64,000 nt of DNA from the NCBI GenBank assembly GCA_965552135.1, contig CBEVQY010000002.1, forward strand, positions 75,434 through 139,433, given 5' to 3'. Shown one piece after another: positions 42,591 through 52,427 of this stretch (position 1 is its first letter; each line of letters opens with the position of its first letter). A program made the translations under genes and the position numbers. The notes beneath the pieces are model-generated. The model saw only the letters and a program-made list of their open reading frames with translations. It was not told where the DNA came from and did not search any database. Source of the stretch: an uncultured bacterium (GTDB taxonomy: Bacteria; UBP14; UBA6098; B30-G16).

Positions 42591-42642
42591 AGCTCGGCTT
42601 CCAAAGTCCCTTAGCGCGCCCAAAGCGCAACCCCAAAAAACA

Positions 42643-42671
42643 TTTGCGGCGACTAATGAATTTCGTATACT
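42643..42671 (+). promoter_or_regulatory. Putative sigma70 promoter for the giant-protein operon
   Basis: TTTGCG, 17-bp spacer, TATACT (42666-42671); GGGAGG RBS before the ATG at 42703. Confidence 0.5.
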
Positions 42672-42702
42672 GTAATTTGTGGAAATGGCTGGGAGGTTGT
42701 AA

Positions 42703-45700
42703 ATGAATAAAATTGGGCGGTTGCTTTTGTTGCTTTTCGCAGGGGGGGGACTTTTATACGCTCAGCTCAGCTGTGGCTTTGTTGTTGATCTTTCTCCGCC
42801 GTATCTGGACGTTGGCGCGGGAGGATTTTATCCCGCCGACGGTGAGACCGTTTCGGTGCCGTCTGTTACTTTTGGAGCACACATTTCCGACGACGGCGCC
42901 GGCGTTTGGTACGACTACACATCCTCGCTTTCGGAGTGGGGCGGAAGCTGTCCGAGCCCTGCAACGTACATCCGCTGGTCGGTCAACGGCGGAGCTTTCG
43001 ACACCCTCTGGGGCGCCACAGAGGCAACACAAACCTTCAGCCCGGGCGATACCATCACCGCCTGCATACACGCAATAGACGAAATCCACGACTACGGATG
43101 TTCGTGCTGCCCAAACGAGTTCGACACATGCTGGACGTTTTACATCCTTGCCTGCGATAGCTTCTGGGCTGAGAACACGTGCCCCGACAGCTGCGGGATC
43201 GCCACATCGTGCATCGACCAGCAGATGGACGTCGTCATCCATCCCTACCCTGGCATCACGGGAACGCTCCCCGCGGACCAGATCCAGATAGACGTTTACG
43301 TCAACGGTGCCTTCGTTGCGGGTGGCACCGCCGACGCTGTGGGCTGGGCGAGCCTCGTCGACTCAGTACTCACCATATTCCCGCCCACCGGAAGCTGGAA
43401 CCACGGCGACACGGTGAGCATTTGGCTCTACTCGCTCACAGATTGCCCCAAGCTCGATTCCTTCTTCTGCGGCTTTGTGGTCGACACCGTTGCACCTGAG
43501 CTTGTGAGCCATTCCCCTGCGCTTGGGGAGACGTTGACAAGCGCAGTCGTTACCATAAGCGGCTCGATATTCGACGATTTCGTCGGCGTTGCCGTGGGGT
43601 CGACGTGGGTGGCGATAACAACTTACGACTCCACGGGAACACCAACGAACTACGACACGGTCTACGGGCTGGGCGATAACTTTTCGATCAACAGAACTTT
43701 TGCAAGCGGCGATTCGGTCGTCGTCTGCGTTCACGCCGTGGATAACGTCTACCTCCAGCCTCTTTGCACGTGCCCGCCAAACGAGCTTGATAGCTGCTGG
43801 TGGTTCAGGGTCCTCATAAGCGAGCCTTTCGGCTGGGTGGTTATCCCTATCGACTCGAACATGGACGGCATGGTTGTGAGCGCCTGCGACGACCAGAACA
43901 TCATAATCCGCGTCTACGACAGCCACGGCATGCTCGCTTCGCCCGTGCGCCTTTGGGTGGAAGGGGTTCCCTACACCGACGCCGACGTCGGGATAATATC
44001 CACCGCCCTCTACGGCACCGACAACGAGACTCTGGAGGTCATCTTCGACCCCGTCGCCGCAGGTCTCACATGGAGCGACGGGATGTGGGTTCACTTCAGC
44101 CTCGACAGCGCCGTAAACGTTCTTGGCTTCAACATCGTCGCGCCGGTGGTCGATTCGTTTTTGGTTGATCTTTCGCCGCCTTTCTTCACGGGACTCCTTC
44201 CCGCCGACGGGACTATACTCTGCGCGTCGTCCGTCACGGTAAGCGCGGCCACCTACGATTCCATATGCGCCGGCAACGTCGCCATCGATTCGGTGCACAT
44301 ATCGGGCGTTCAGGGAGGCTCACCCGTCGACTACTGGCTTGACCCCACAATGCTGGGAATGCCGTCGTTCTCGTACGACATCACGGGGCTTGCCAACTAC
44401 GATTCGCTTACCATCTGCGCCTATGCAACTGATCTGTGCCACGACTACTGCGGACCCAACGTTGGCGACACGTGCTGGACGTTTACGGTCCTCTGCGGCG
44501 AGATAAGCGCGGAGCTTGTTGAACCCATCGACACCAACGCGGACGGTCGGGTCATCTCCGACTGCGACGACCAGAGGATAATCTGGGTCATAAACCACAC
44601 GCAGCCGCTCGATACCTCGAGCATATCGGTCGAGGTCTGCGGCGCTGTGTACACATATCCCGATCACCTCACCTTCTCCAACGACACGCTCTACTTCACG
44701 CCGGATCCCCTTTGGTCCGATGGTGACAGCTGTGGTTTCTGTCTGAACTATGTTGCCGACGCGACGGGTTCGACCCTTCCCGAGCCAGTTTGCGGCTGGG
44801 TTTTGATAGATCTTTCGCCGCCGGTGTTTGAGATTGTTGCGGGTCCTGTTGATGGGGACACGGTTTATTCGGGCGATGTGACGGGCGCGGTCTCGGCGTT
44901 CGACTCCATCTGCGGCGCCGCCGACATCGACTCGATCACTGTCACGACGAGCGTGAGTGGCTCGAGCTGGGTTTTCGTCGACTCGACGTATTCGATTGGC
45001 GGGCTTGTTGACGGCGACGTTGTCACCGTTTGCGCCTACGCTCACGATGACTGCGCCGACTACTGCGGACCGAATTACGGCGACACGTGCTGGAGCCTTG
45101 TCGCCGCCATAGGCGCGGTAAGCGCAACGGTGGTTGAGCCTGTGGACCTCAACGGCGACAGCATCGCCATATCGACCTGCGACGACCAGAGAATTCTGTG
45201 GGTTTTGGAGCACACCTACGATCTCGTTCCCGAGTCGCTTGTTGTCGAGGTTTGCGGCAGCACCTACGTTTGGGGCGACCCCCATCTTTCGCTTTCGGGC
45301 GATACGCTTATCTGGGATCCCTCGCCCGATCTCCTCTGGGGCGACAGCGCCTTCTGCACGTTCTGCGTACTGCAGGCGTACGACGTTACGGGCGCCTTTC
45401 TTGCGGAGGCTGTTTGCGGCTCGGTTCTTATTGACCTTTCGGCGCCGGTGCTTTTGAGCGCATCGCCTCCTCCGGGCGGTTCGGTCTTCGACACGGTCGC
45501 GACGATAACCGCCGTCTTCGAGGATGAGATCTGCGACAGCTACGCCGTCGACAGCGTTTGGGCGCAGGCGAGCGAAAGCGGAGCAACCGCAGAGGCGGAT
45601 TCGTTCCCGCTTGAGATATCTGGTCTCGTCGACGGCGATAGCGTAACGGTCTGTGCGATAGTGCACGACCTTTGCGAGGACTACTGCGGCCCCAACTACG

Positions 45701-48700
45701 ACACGATCTGCTGGTGGTTCGAGGCGATTCTCGGCGAGCCCAACGGTGTCGTCCTAATCCCCGTCGACCTAAACGGCGATGGGCGCACCATCTCTGCCTG
45801 CACCACGCAGGTGATAACGATAGGGCTTTTCGACGACGATGGGATGGACCCCGACACGACGATCCACCTGCACATAGATGAGCTTGGCGCCGACTACTAC
45901 AACGCTGATCTTGAGCTTGTTTCTGGTGCGGGCGGCGATTCGCTTTACGTCACCTTCGACCCGAGCGCCCACGGAGCAGACTGGTCGGCGTTTGACGGCG
46001 AGTGGGTGCACTTTGTGCTCGACACTGCGTACGACATCTACGGTTTCCTGCTTGTATCGCCCGTGGTTGACTCGTTCCTTGTGGATCTTTCGCCGCCTGT
46101 GTTTTCCGGCATGACGCCTGTGGGGACGATAACGAGCGCTTCTGCGGCGATATCGGTTTTGGCGACGGACGCTGTCTGCGGGGATGCCGTTGCGGACTCG
46201 CTTGTGGTCACTTCGACTGTTTCGGGGATCGACACGACGATCGTGGGGGCGCTTTCGGGCGTGGTTTCGGGCTTTGTTGACGGCGACGTTGTCACCGTTT
46301 GCGCCTACGCCCACGACGCCTGCGCCGACTACTGCGGACCGAACTACGGCGACACGTGCTGGACGTTTGATGTGTCCATTGGCGCTGTCAGCGCCGAGCT
46401 TATAGAGCCTGTCGATCTCAACGGGGACGGCAGGGTAATATCGGACTGCGCCGACCAGGGGATTCGATGGGTTATAAGCCACGAGTATCCGCTTGTTCCC
46501 GAGTCGCTTGCGGTGGAGGTTTGCGGCAGCACCTACGTTTGGGGCGACCCCGAGCTTTCACTTGTGGGAGACACGTTGATTTGGACGCCGAGCGCTCTGT
46601 GGAGCGACGGCGACAGCTGTGGCTTCTGCCTCACAAGCGCCTGGGATAACACGGGTGGCTCCCTCGAATCGCCCGTGTGCGGATGGGTTTTGATAGACCT
46701 CTCTCCGCCTGTGTTTGTCGGCGAGACGCCGCCCGACGGGAGCGTCATTCTTGCCGACAGCGTGTTCGTTTCGGTCTTCGCCACCGACTCCATCTGCGGC
46801 GATATGGGCACGGTGTACGACTCCCTCGTCATAGACAACATCGTGTCGGGGGATCACGTAGTTTTGACGGTCTTCGTTGGTGATTCGATGAGTTACTCGC
46901 TCACTGACCTTGAGGACGGCGATACCGTTGTGGTTTGCGCCTATGCGCACGACGCCTGCGCCGACTACTGCGGACCGAACTACGGCAGCGACTGCTGGGA
47001 GTTTTACATCTTCCTTGGAGCGGTTCGGGCGTCGGTAATAGCGCCTGTGGACTTAAACGGCGACGGCTGCATTGAGAGCTCGTGTCCGTGCCAGCCGATA
47101 TCGTGGCGGGTGTGGTCGCAGCACTGGTTCGACACCACGAACCTTGTGGTCGAGGTAGACGGCATGACGTTCGACTGGAGCTCTGGGGCTTTGACGCTTA
47201 CCGCCGAGGACGAAACCACCGCCACACTCACCTTCGATCCCGCTGTGGCGGGGACGTGCTGGTACGAGAACTGCTACGTCGTCGATTTCTCCGTCGTGAC
47301 GCTCATCGACACACTCGGCACGGACTCTCTGCCGGCGCCTATTGGCGGAAGCTTTGTCGTTCTCACCGAGCCGCCGGCGGTAAGCTTCTCTCCCGCACCG
47401 CCCGAAACGGCTGAGTGCATAGACACACTCGTCGTCGACGTTGGTGTGTCGCATCCGTGCGCATGCTCGATAGAGGAGTACCTGGGCATCTCCGTTGACG
47501 GCACGCTCATCGACGCCTGGGACTCCGTGGGGACCGTGGTTTTGCCCGTCACATCGGGCGACACCGTTTGCATAACGGTTTGGGGCATGGTGGACCACGA
47601 CTACATGTGCGATTCCCTGAGGTTCGGCGCCGACACGTGCTGGTATATCTGGTGTCCGTGCGAGCTTGTGCTTTTTGGCGGACCTGATCAGACCTCGTGC
47701 CCCGGCGCCGATGTTATCCTCGGGTGCGACCCGCTTGTGTCGGGGACGTACGACAGCGTTTCGGTGGAGTGGTATCTTCTGGGCGAGTCCACGCCGTTCA
47801 GCACCGAGCCGAACCCCACGGTGACCCCCGAGACGACGACCGTCTACGTTGTGCACGCCAGGGCATACTGCGCCAGCGGAGACGTCATCGACGCCTACGA
47901 CACCGTTGTGGTTACGATCGACTTTTCGGCGGCAAGCTCGCCGAGCATAACCCAGCCTGGCGACGGGACGGTCCTGAGCGCTGGAACGAACACCCTCACC
48001 TGGACCGCATCGAGCGGGACAGAGCCTGTGTACTACGCCGTTTTCATAAACGGCGCCGTTGCGGCGGACTCGCTTGCCGACACAACGTTCGAATTCAACA
48101 TAAACTGCGACGAGACCCTGACGATAACGATCGCCGCCTACAACCAGTGCTTCTACGCGCTTGACGGCAGCTGCAATCCTGCTGTGGACACGACGCTGCA
48201 GAGCACGGGCGCGGTGTACGCGTACTCGGAGACGATAACGGTCATAGGCGAGCCTTGCGGCGCTCCCCTCGCCGAACCGATCTACCCGCCGCCGCTTATA
48301 ATCTCCGCCTGCCCGGACGAGAGCGTAAAGTTCGTCATATGGGATGCCGCTGGCGTTGCGCTAAGGCCGTGGACGCTGCAGATCCAGATCGGAGCCAGCA
48401 CGTACGACACATCGGCAAGCTTTATCACCTACACTGCGATTCGCCCCGACAGCGGCGTCGTGACCATCCTGCCGCCCGCGGGAAGCTGGAACGACAACGA
48501 CACGATAACGGTGAGCGTGATCTACATCGAAAACGAGTTCGACGTTGCGCTTTCGTCGGTGGCATCGCTCACTTTCTACACCGACCAGAGCCCGCCGGTG
48601 GCGCAGCTTACGTATCCCTTGCCGGGCGAAGCCGCGGAGGACCACACGCCGAACATCGTGATCTCCGTTGGCGACAACCTAAGCGGGGTTGAGCCCGACT

Positions 48701-49227
48701 CGTTTGTGGTGGAGATCCAGACGACGACGGGCAGGATAGATACGATACTCGACGCAAGCGCCCTTTCGTGGGACGGCTCGAACCTTTCGTTCGACTGCGA
48801 GGCGGCTGGGATAATCTTCGCCGACGGCGAGACGATAAGTGTAAGCGTCCTTGTGACCTGCGACAGAGTCGACTCCCTCTACTGCGGACCCAACTGCGCC
48901 TCCTACAGCTTCTGGTTCTACTACCCGCTCACCTACAGCTGCGACAGGATCCCCAACCCGTTCACGCCCAACGCCGACGGTGCAAACGACATCTGCCAGT
49001 TCACATTCCCCGACCTCGGCGAGAAGGACGGAACGATCTACATCTACGATCTGCACGGCGTTTTTGTGAGGGAGCTTGACGTTCCTGCGGGTCCTGGCGC
49101 GAAGGAGGCTGCCCGCTGGGACGGAACGGACAAAAACGGCAACGCCGTGTGCGAGGGGCTTTACATCTACGTCATCGAGGTGGACGGTGAGATCGTTTGC
49201 GAGGGGACGGTCACCGTTGCGCGATGA
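42703..49227 (+). CDS. Giant secreted Cys/Asp-rich repeat protein with gliding-motility-associated (T9SS type-B, CHU_C-like) C-terminal domain
   Basis: Signal peptide; ~210-aa tandem units with DxNxDG and DYCGPN..D.CW; C-terminal PNPFTPNADGAND...IYD..G...WDG....GLYIY...G.VTVAR. Confidence 0.85.
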   Translation: MNKIGRLLLLLFAGGGLLYAQLSCGFVVDLSPPYLDVGAGGFYPADGETVSVPSVTFGAHISDDGAGVWYDYTSSLSEWGGSCPSPATYIRWSVNGGAFDTLWGATEATQTFSPGDTITACIHAIDEIHDYGCSCCPNEFDTCWTFYILACDSFWAENTCPDSCGIATSCIDQQMDVVIHPYPGITGTLPADQIQIDVYVNGAFVAGGTADAVGWASLVDSVLTIFPPTGSWNHGDTVSIWLYSLTDCPKLDSFFCGFVVDTVAPELVSHSPALGETLTSAVVTISGSIFDDFVGVAVGSTWVAITTYDSTGTPTNYDTVYGLGDNFSINRTFASGDSVVVCVHAVDNVYLQPLCTCPPNELDSCWWFRVLISEPFGWVVIPIDSNMDGMVVSACDDQNIIIRVYDSHGMLASPVRLWVEGVPYTDADVGIISTALYGTDNETLEVIFDPVAAGLTWSDGMWVHFSLDSAVNVLGFNIVAPVVDSFLVDLSPPFFTGLLPADGTILCASSVTVSAATYDSICAGNVAIDSVHISGVQGGSPVDYWLDPTMLGMPSFSYDITGLANYDSLTICAYATDLCHDYCGPNVGDTCWTFTVLCGEISAELVEPIDTNADGRVISDCDDQRIIWVINHTQPLDTSSISVEVCGAVYTYPDHLTFSNDTLYFTPDPLWSDGDSCGFCLNYVADATGSTLPEPVCGWVLIDLSPPVFEIVAGPVDGDTVYSGDVTGAVSAFDSICGAADIDSITVTTSVSGSSWVFVDSTYSIGGLVDGDVVTVCAYAHDDCADYCGPNYGDTCWSLVAAIGAVSATVVEPVDLNGDSIAISTCDDQRILWVLEHTYDLVPESLVVEVCGSTYVWGDPHLSLSGDTLIWDPSPDLLWGDSAFCTFCVLQAYDVTGAFLAEAVCGSVLIDLSAPVLLSASPPPGGSVFDTVATITAVFEDEICDSYAVDSVWAQASESGATAEADSFPLEISGLVDGDSVTVCAIVHDLCEDYCGPNYDTICWWFEAILGEPNGVVLIPVDLNGDGRTISACTTQVITIGLFDDDGMDPDTTIHLHIDELGADYYNADLELVSGAGGDSLYVTFDPSAHGADWSAFDGEWVHFVLDTAYDIYGFLLVSPVVDSFLVDLSPPVFSGMTPVGTITSASAAISVLATDAVCGDAVADSLVVTSTVSGIDTTIVGALSGVVSGFVDGDVVTVCAYAHDACADYCGPNYGDTCWTFDVSIGAVSAELIEPVDLNGDGRVISDCADQGIRWVISHEYPLVPESLAVEVCGSTYVWGDPELSLVGDTLIWTPSALWSDGDSCGFCLTSAWDNTGGSLESPVCGWVLIDLSPPVFVGETPPDGSVILADSVFVSVFATDSICGDMGTVYDSLVIDNIVSGDHVVLTVFVGDSMSYSLTDLEDGDTVVVCAYAHDACADYCGPNYGSDCWEFYIFLGAVRASVIAPVDLNGDGCIESSCPCQPISWRVWSQHWFDTTNLVVEVDGMTFDWSSGALTLTAEDETTATLTFDPAVAGTCWYENCYVVDFSVVTLIDTLGTDSLPAPIGGSFVVLTEPPAVSFSPAPPETAECIDTLVVDVGVSHPCACSIEEYLGISVDGTLIDAWDSVGTVVLPVTSGDTVCITVWGMVDHDYMCDSLRFGADTCWYIWCPCELVLFGGPDQTSCPGADVILGCDPLVSGTYDSVSVEWYLLGESTPFSTEPNPTVTPETTTVYVVHARAYCASGDVIDAYDTVVVTIDFSAASSPSITQPGDGTVLSAGTNTLTWTASSGTEPVYYAVFINGAVAADSLADTTFEFNINCDETLTITIAAYNQCFYALDGSCNPAVDTTLQSTGAVYAYSETITVIGEPCGAPLAEPIYPPPLIISACPDESVKFVIWDAAGVALRPWTLQIQIGASTYDTSASFITYTAIRPDSGVVTILPPAGSWNDNDTITVSVIYIENEFDVALSSVASLTFYTDQSPPVAQLTYPLPGEAAEDHTPNIVISVGDNLSGVEPDSFVVEIQTTTGRIDTILDASALSWDGSNLSFDCEAAGIIFADGETISVSVLVTCDRVDSLYCGPNCASYSFWFYYPLTYSCDRIPNPFTPNADGANDICQFTFPDLGEKDGTIYIYDLHGVFVRELDVPAGPGAKEAARWDGTDKNGNAVCEGLYIYVIEVDGEIVCEGTVTVAR
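43800..47400 (+). repeat. Six ~210-aa (~630-bp) intragenic tandem units, some with near-identical DNA
   Basis: Six P(I/V)DxNxD(G/S) motifs, five DLS(P/A)P, five DYCGPN; 45005-45093 vs 46274-46362 differ at 4 of 89 nt. Confidence 0.85.
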
Positions 49228-49281
49228 TGCGCAAAGCACTCTGCCGACAAAAACGAGCTTGAGAATAATCACGGAAGGGGG

Positions 49282-52173
49282 ATGGAGATGAGAAAGAGGG
49301 TATGCGCTTTAGCGGTGTTTCTGGTCTTTAGCCTGGTTTGGGGCAGCAGCGGCTCCGGCAACGACTTCGTCGGCGCGCGCCCGCTTGCCCTGGGAAGAAC
49401 GTTCGTCGGCGTCGCTGACGACGCAAACGCAATCGACTGGAACCCCGCAGGAATATCCTCGTTCAGATACCTGAGCATCATCGCAAGCTTCAACAAGGAG
49501 TATATGGGCATCTCGGGCGACAACATAGGATTCGGACATTTTGCCTTCGTCTCGCAGTACAGGGACTGGTTCGGCTACGGCGTATCGTGGAGGTATCTGT
49601 TCTCCGACGTGTACTTTCGGCACGACATAAGGCTTGCCCTCGCGCACAAGTTCAAAAAGCTGCCCCTCTGCGCCGGTCTTGCCCTGCGACTCGAAGGCGT
49701 TGGATACAACACCGCCAACTTCTACGACTACCAGCCCGGCGAGGACCCCGACGGCGTCCCCATTACCGAAGACGCCGTCTTCGCAAACGGAACGAGCAAA
49801 TGGGGATTCTCGCTCGATGCAGGGCTTCTGTGGAGGATATCGCCGAAGTTCGCCCTCGGCTTCGCCGCAAGCGACATCCTCCAGCCAAACCTCTCCCTCC
49901 AGGGCGTTCCGGAGGGGAAGATGCCAATGCACATCCGCTTCGGCGGAAGCTTCACCCCCAACCAAAACCTCCTCGTCGCCGCGGATATGCGGTACTTCAA
50001 GGAGGGAAGCGCGATACTCACACCACACCTGGGCGTGGAGAAATGGTTCAACAGACACACCATAGCCGCCCGCGGTGGGTTCAACCCCGACGAGCTTTCT
50101 GTGGGCTTCGGATGGCGCCTCAACAGACACTGGGCGCTTGAGATCGACTACGCCTTCGTGTACCCGCTCTCCAAACTCGCCGCAGCAGGCGCAAACTCCC
50201 ATAAGTTTTCAGCAATGTTCCAAATACCCAACCCAATACCACAGTGGGACCTCGAGGCGATCTCCGTAACCCCGCAGATGGAGCGCCTCAAGCCGGGCGA
50301 TGAGGTCAAGGTAACAGCCGTCGTCAGAAACAACGACAAATCGGTCAAAACCGCAAACTACTCCGTCTACGTCCGAAAACCCGACGGAACATACGCCCTC
50401 ATCGACAAAGGAACGATCAAAAACTTCAAAAGAAAGGACGAAAGACAGATAGAGTTCACCTTCAAGGACTACCATCCGGGCGAGTATAAGCTTTTTGTTG
50501 CCATAGACGACGACGGTTCGGACATTCCGCGGCTTGTCGGCAAGATAAACGAGGCTGACGAGGGTAACAACGTGGCCACAGCCACGGTCCACATATTCCC
50601 GCCGCCGCAGCCTATGATCACATTCCGCGAAGATACGCTCCACATAACCCGCCTCGCCTTCCAGGAGACCGAGGAACCCGTTATCCCCGTGATCTTCTTC
50701 GAACCCAAAAGCGCCAAAATCGCCCCGCGCTACAAACACATCCTCGACAGACTCGCCGCTCGCCTGCAGAAAAACCCCGACGTCGTCGTGAAGGTCGCGG
50801 GATACTACGACCCCGAAAGCGACGGAAAGAACAACGTCGCAATAGCAAAGCAAAGGATGGAGGCGGTCTACGACTACCTCGTCGCCAAAGTCGGCAACCC
50901 AAGCCAGGTTGTAAAGGACGAAAGCAATGATCCCTCCAGAAAGCGCGCAGGCGGCGGAAAACCGTTTCTGGGAATCGAAAAATACCTCCCGATGATTCGC
51001 GCCGAAAACAGACGCGTCGAGCTTAAGCCCCAGATCCCATCCCTCACACAATCACAGGTGGAGCAGGTGATAGAGTTCCAGGTGGGGCAAACGCAAAAGA
51101 CGGTGGACTTCTCGGCGCAGGCTATGACCTACAAATCGATCCTGGAGCGAAACCCCGACGTCATGCTGCTTCTGGAAGGATACGCCACCGAAAAGGAAGG
51201 TCCAAACCTGCTTGAACCCGCATTCACACGGGCGGCAAACCTGAAGGAGCAGCTCAAAAAGGTCGTCCCGTTCTACCTCTGGGACAGAATATTCGCCTGG
51301 GGCGACGACAGACACCCCGCCGAAAAACCCCACGTCAAAATATCGCTCCTCGCCGACGGCGTCCTCTACAAGCCGTTCGCGGGGAGGATATACCCGCAGG
51401 GCGAAAAGGTCGAAAACCCCGAAAACTTCGTCCAGCTCGGCGTGCTTAAAGCAGACAACCCAATAACGTCACACAGAGCTGAGCTCCTCGATCTTGCCGG
51501 CAACAAGGTCAAGCTCTTCACCGCCGGTGACGGACCCCCGCCAAACGGCATGCCGTGGAACTGGAAAACCGACGAAGGCAAATACATCGAAGCCGGAAAA
51601 TACTACGTCGGACACATAACAGTCACAGACGAGCTCGGCGCAGTTGGAGAAGCATATTCGGAAACCCTCGTCGTCGACCAGATCGACAAAGTCCTCGGGG
51701 TCGAAACGATGCTTATCGTGATATTCGAGTTCGACAGAGACGTGGCTATATCCCCGTACTACCACAGCCGCATGGAGGCTGTCGCCAGACGCCTCATAGA
51801 GCTTGCGGAGCACGAACCCGGCGAGCTCACCGTGGCCGTCACAGGACACACCGACATAATCGGCCTCTCGCGCAGAAACCAGGAACTATCAATGGAACGA
51901 GCTCAGCGCGAATTCAGAAACCTGAAGATATACCTGCGGCACCTTCTAAACCTCCCGTCCGAAGAAGCTTTGGACAAGTGGCTTGCGGAGCGTAACGTAA
52001 AGCTCGTCGCCGAGGGATACGGACCAGACAAACCATACACGCTCAAAAAGATGGGTCCCAACGGCGAGGTGACCGAAAAACTTTTGGGCGACAACAAACT
52101 CCCAGAAGGCCGCGAAATCAACAGGCGCGTGCTCGTCGAGTTCAGAAGCAAGCTCAGAGCGCAAAAGCAATAA
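49282..52173 (+). CDS. PorV/PorP-SprF-like outer-membrane barrel fused to CARDB, FlgD-Ig-like and multiple OmpA-like domains
   Basis: GARPLALGRTFVGVADDANAIDWNPAG N-terminal motif; beta-strand region ending IDYAF..SHKFS; CARDB DL...INE.DE.NN; IFF...GY.D...NRRVE; GHTD..G...N.ELS.ERA...GYG...NRRV; start may be 49288. Confidence 0.75.
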   Translation: MEMRKRVCALAVFLVFSLVWGSSGSGNDFVGARPLALGRTFVGVADDANAIDWNPAGISSFRYLSIIASFNKEYMGISGDNIGFGHFAFVSQYRDWFGYGVSWRYLFSDVYFRHDIRLALAHKFKKLPLCAGLALRLEGVGYNTANFYDYQPGEDPDGVPITEDAVFANGTSKWGFSLDAGLLWRISPKFALGFAASDILQPNLSLQGVPEGKMPMHIRFGGSFTPNQNLLVAADMRYFKEGSAILTPHLGVEKWFNRHTIAARGGFNPDELSVGFGWRLNRHWALEIDYAFVYPLSKLAAAGANSHKFSAMFQIPNPIPQWDLEAISVTPQMERLKPGDEVKVTAVVRNNDKSVKTANYSVYVRKPDGTYALIDKGTIKNFKRKDERQIEFTFKDYHPGEYKLFVAIDDDGSDIPRLVGKINEADEGNNVATATVHIFPPPQPMITFREDTLHITRLAFQETEEPVIPVIFFEPKSAKIAPRYKHILDRLAARLQKNPDVVVKVAGYYDPESDGKNNVAIAKQRMEAVYDYLVAKVGNPSQVVKDESNDPSRKRAGGGKPFLGIEKYLPMIRAENRRVELKPQIPSLTQSQVEQVIEFQVGQTQKTVDFSAQAMTYKSILERNPDVMLLLEGYATEKEGPNLLEPAFTRAANLKEQLKKVVPFYLWDRIFAWGDDRHPAEKPHVKISLLADGVLYKPFAGRIYPQGEKVENPENFVQLGVLKADNPITSHRAELLDLAGNKVKLFTAGDGPPPNGMPWNWKTDEGKYIEAGKYYVGHITVTDELGAVGEAYSETLVVDQIDKVLGVETMLIVIFEFDRDVAISPYYHSRMEAVARRLIELAEHEPGELTVAVTGHTDIIGLSRRNQELSMERAQREFRNLKIYLRHLLNLPSEEALDKWLAERNVKLVAEGYGPDKPYTLKKMGPNGEVTEKLLGDNKLPEGREINRRVLVEFRSKLRAQKQ

Positions 52174-52213
52174 ATCAGCTCCAAGCGCTTGTCCAAGCAA
52201 GGCTTTGGGCGGA

Positions 52214-52427
52214 TTGGTTCCTGTCCGAGGTCCCGTTTAACGGGTTCGGTCTCTGCCAGAGGTTTTATTCAACGGTTGGTCCCTGTCCGAAGTCCTGCTC
52301 AAACTGGTTCTGCCGCTGGCGCCAGCTGTCTGGCACCGGCATAAGCTTGACGCGCTGCCCTATGGTCCCCGCCTGTGGGGTTCCCCTGGTCCGAATCCGG
52401 CGACAGGTTCCCACGTGTGCATGCCAG
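52214..52427. repeat. Three degenerate direct repeats in a convergent intergenic gap
   Basis: TTGGTTCCTGTCCGAGGTCC (52214) vs TTGGTCCCTGTCCGAAGTCC (52276), 18/20 identical; third GGTTCCCCTGGTCCGAATCC (52379); each followed by GGTTC...GCCAG. Confidence 0.55.

Noticed and set aside
45005..46560. Possible diversity-generating retroelement template/variable repeat pair
   Set aside because: Both copies are in frame within one gene, mismatches are not adenine-specific, and no reverse transcriptase is in the window
52214..52427. Possible mini CRISPR array
   Set aside because: Only three degenerate copies, irregular spacing (62 and about 100 bp), similarity extends into the would-be spacers, and there are no cas genes
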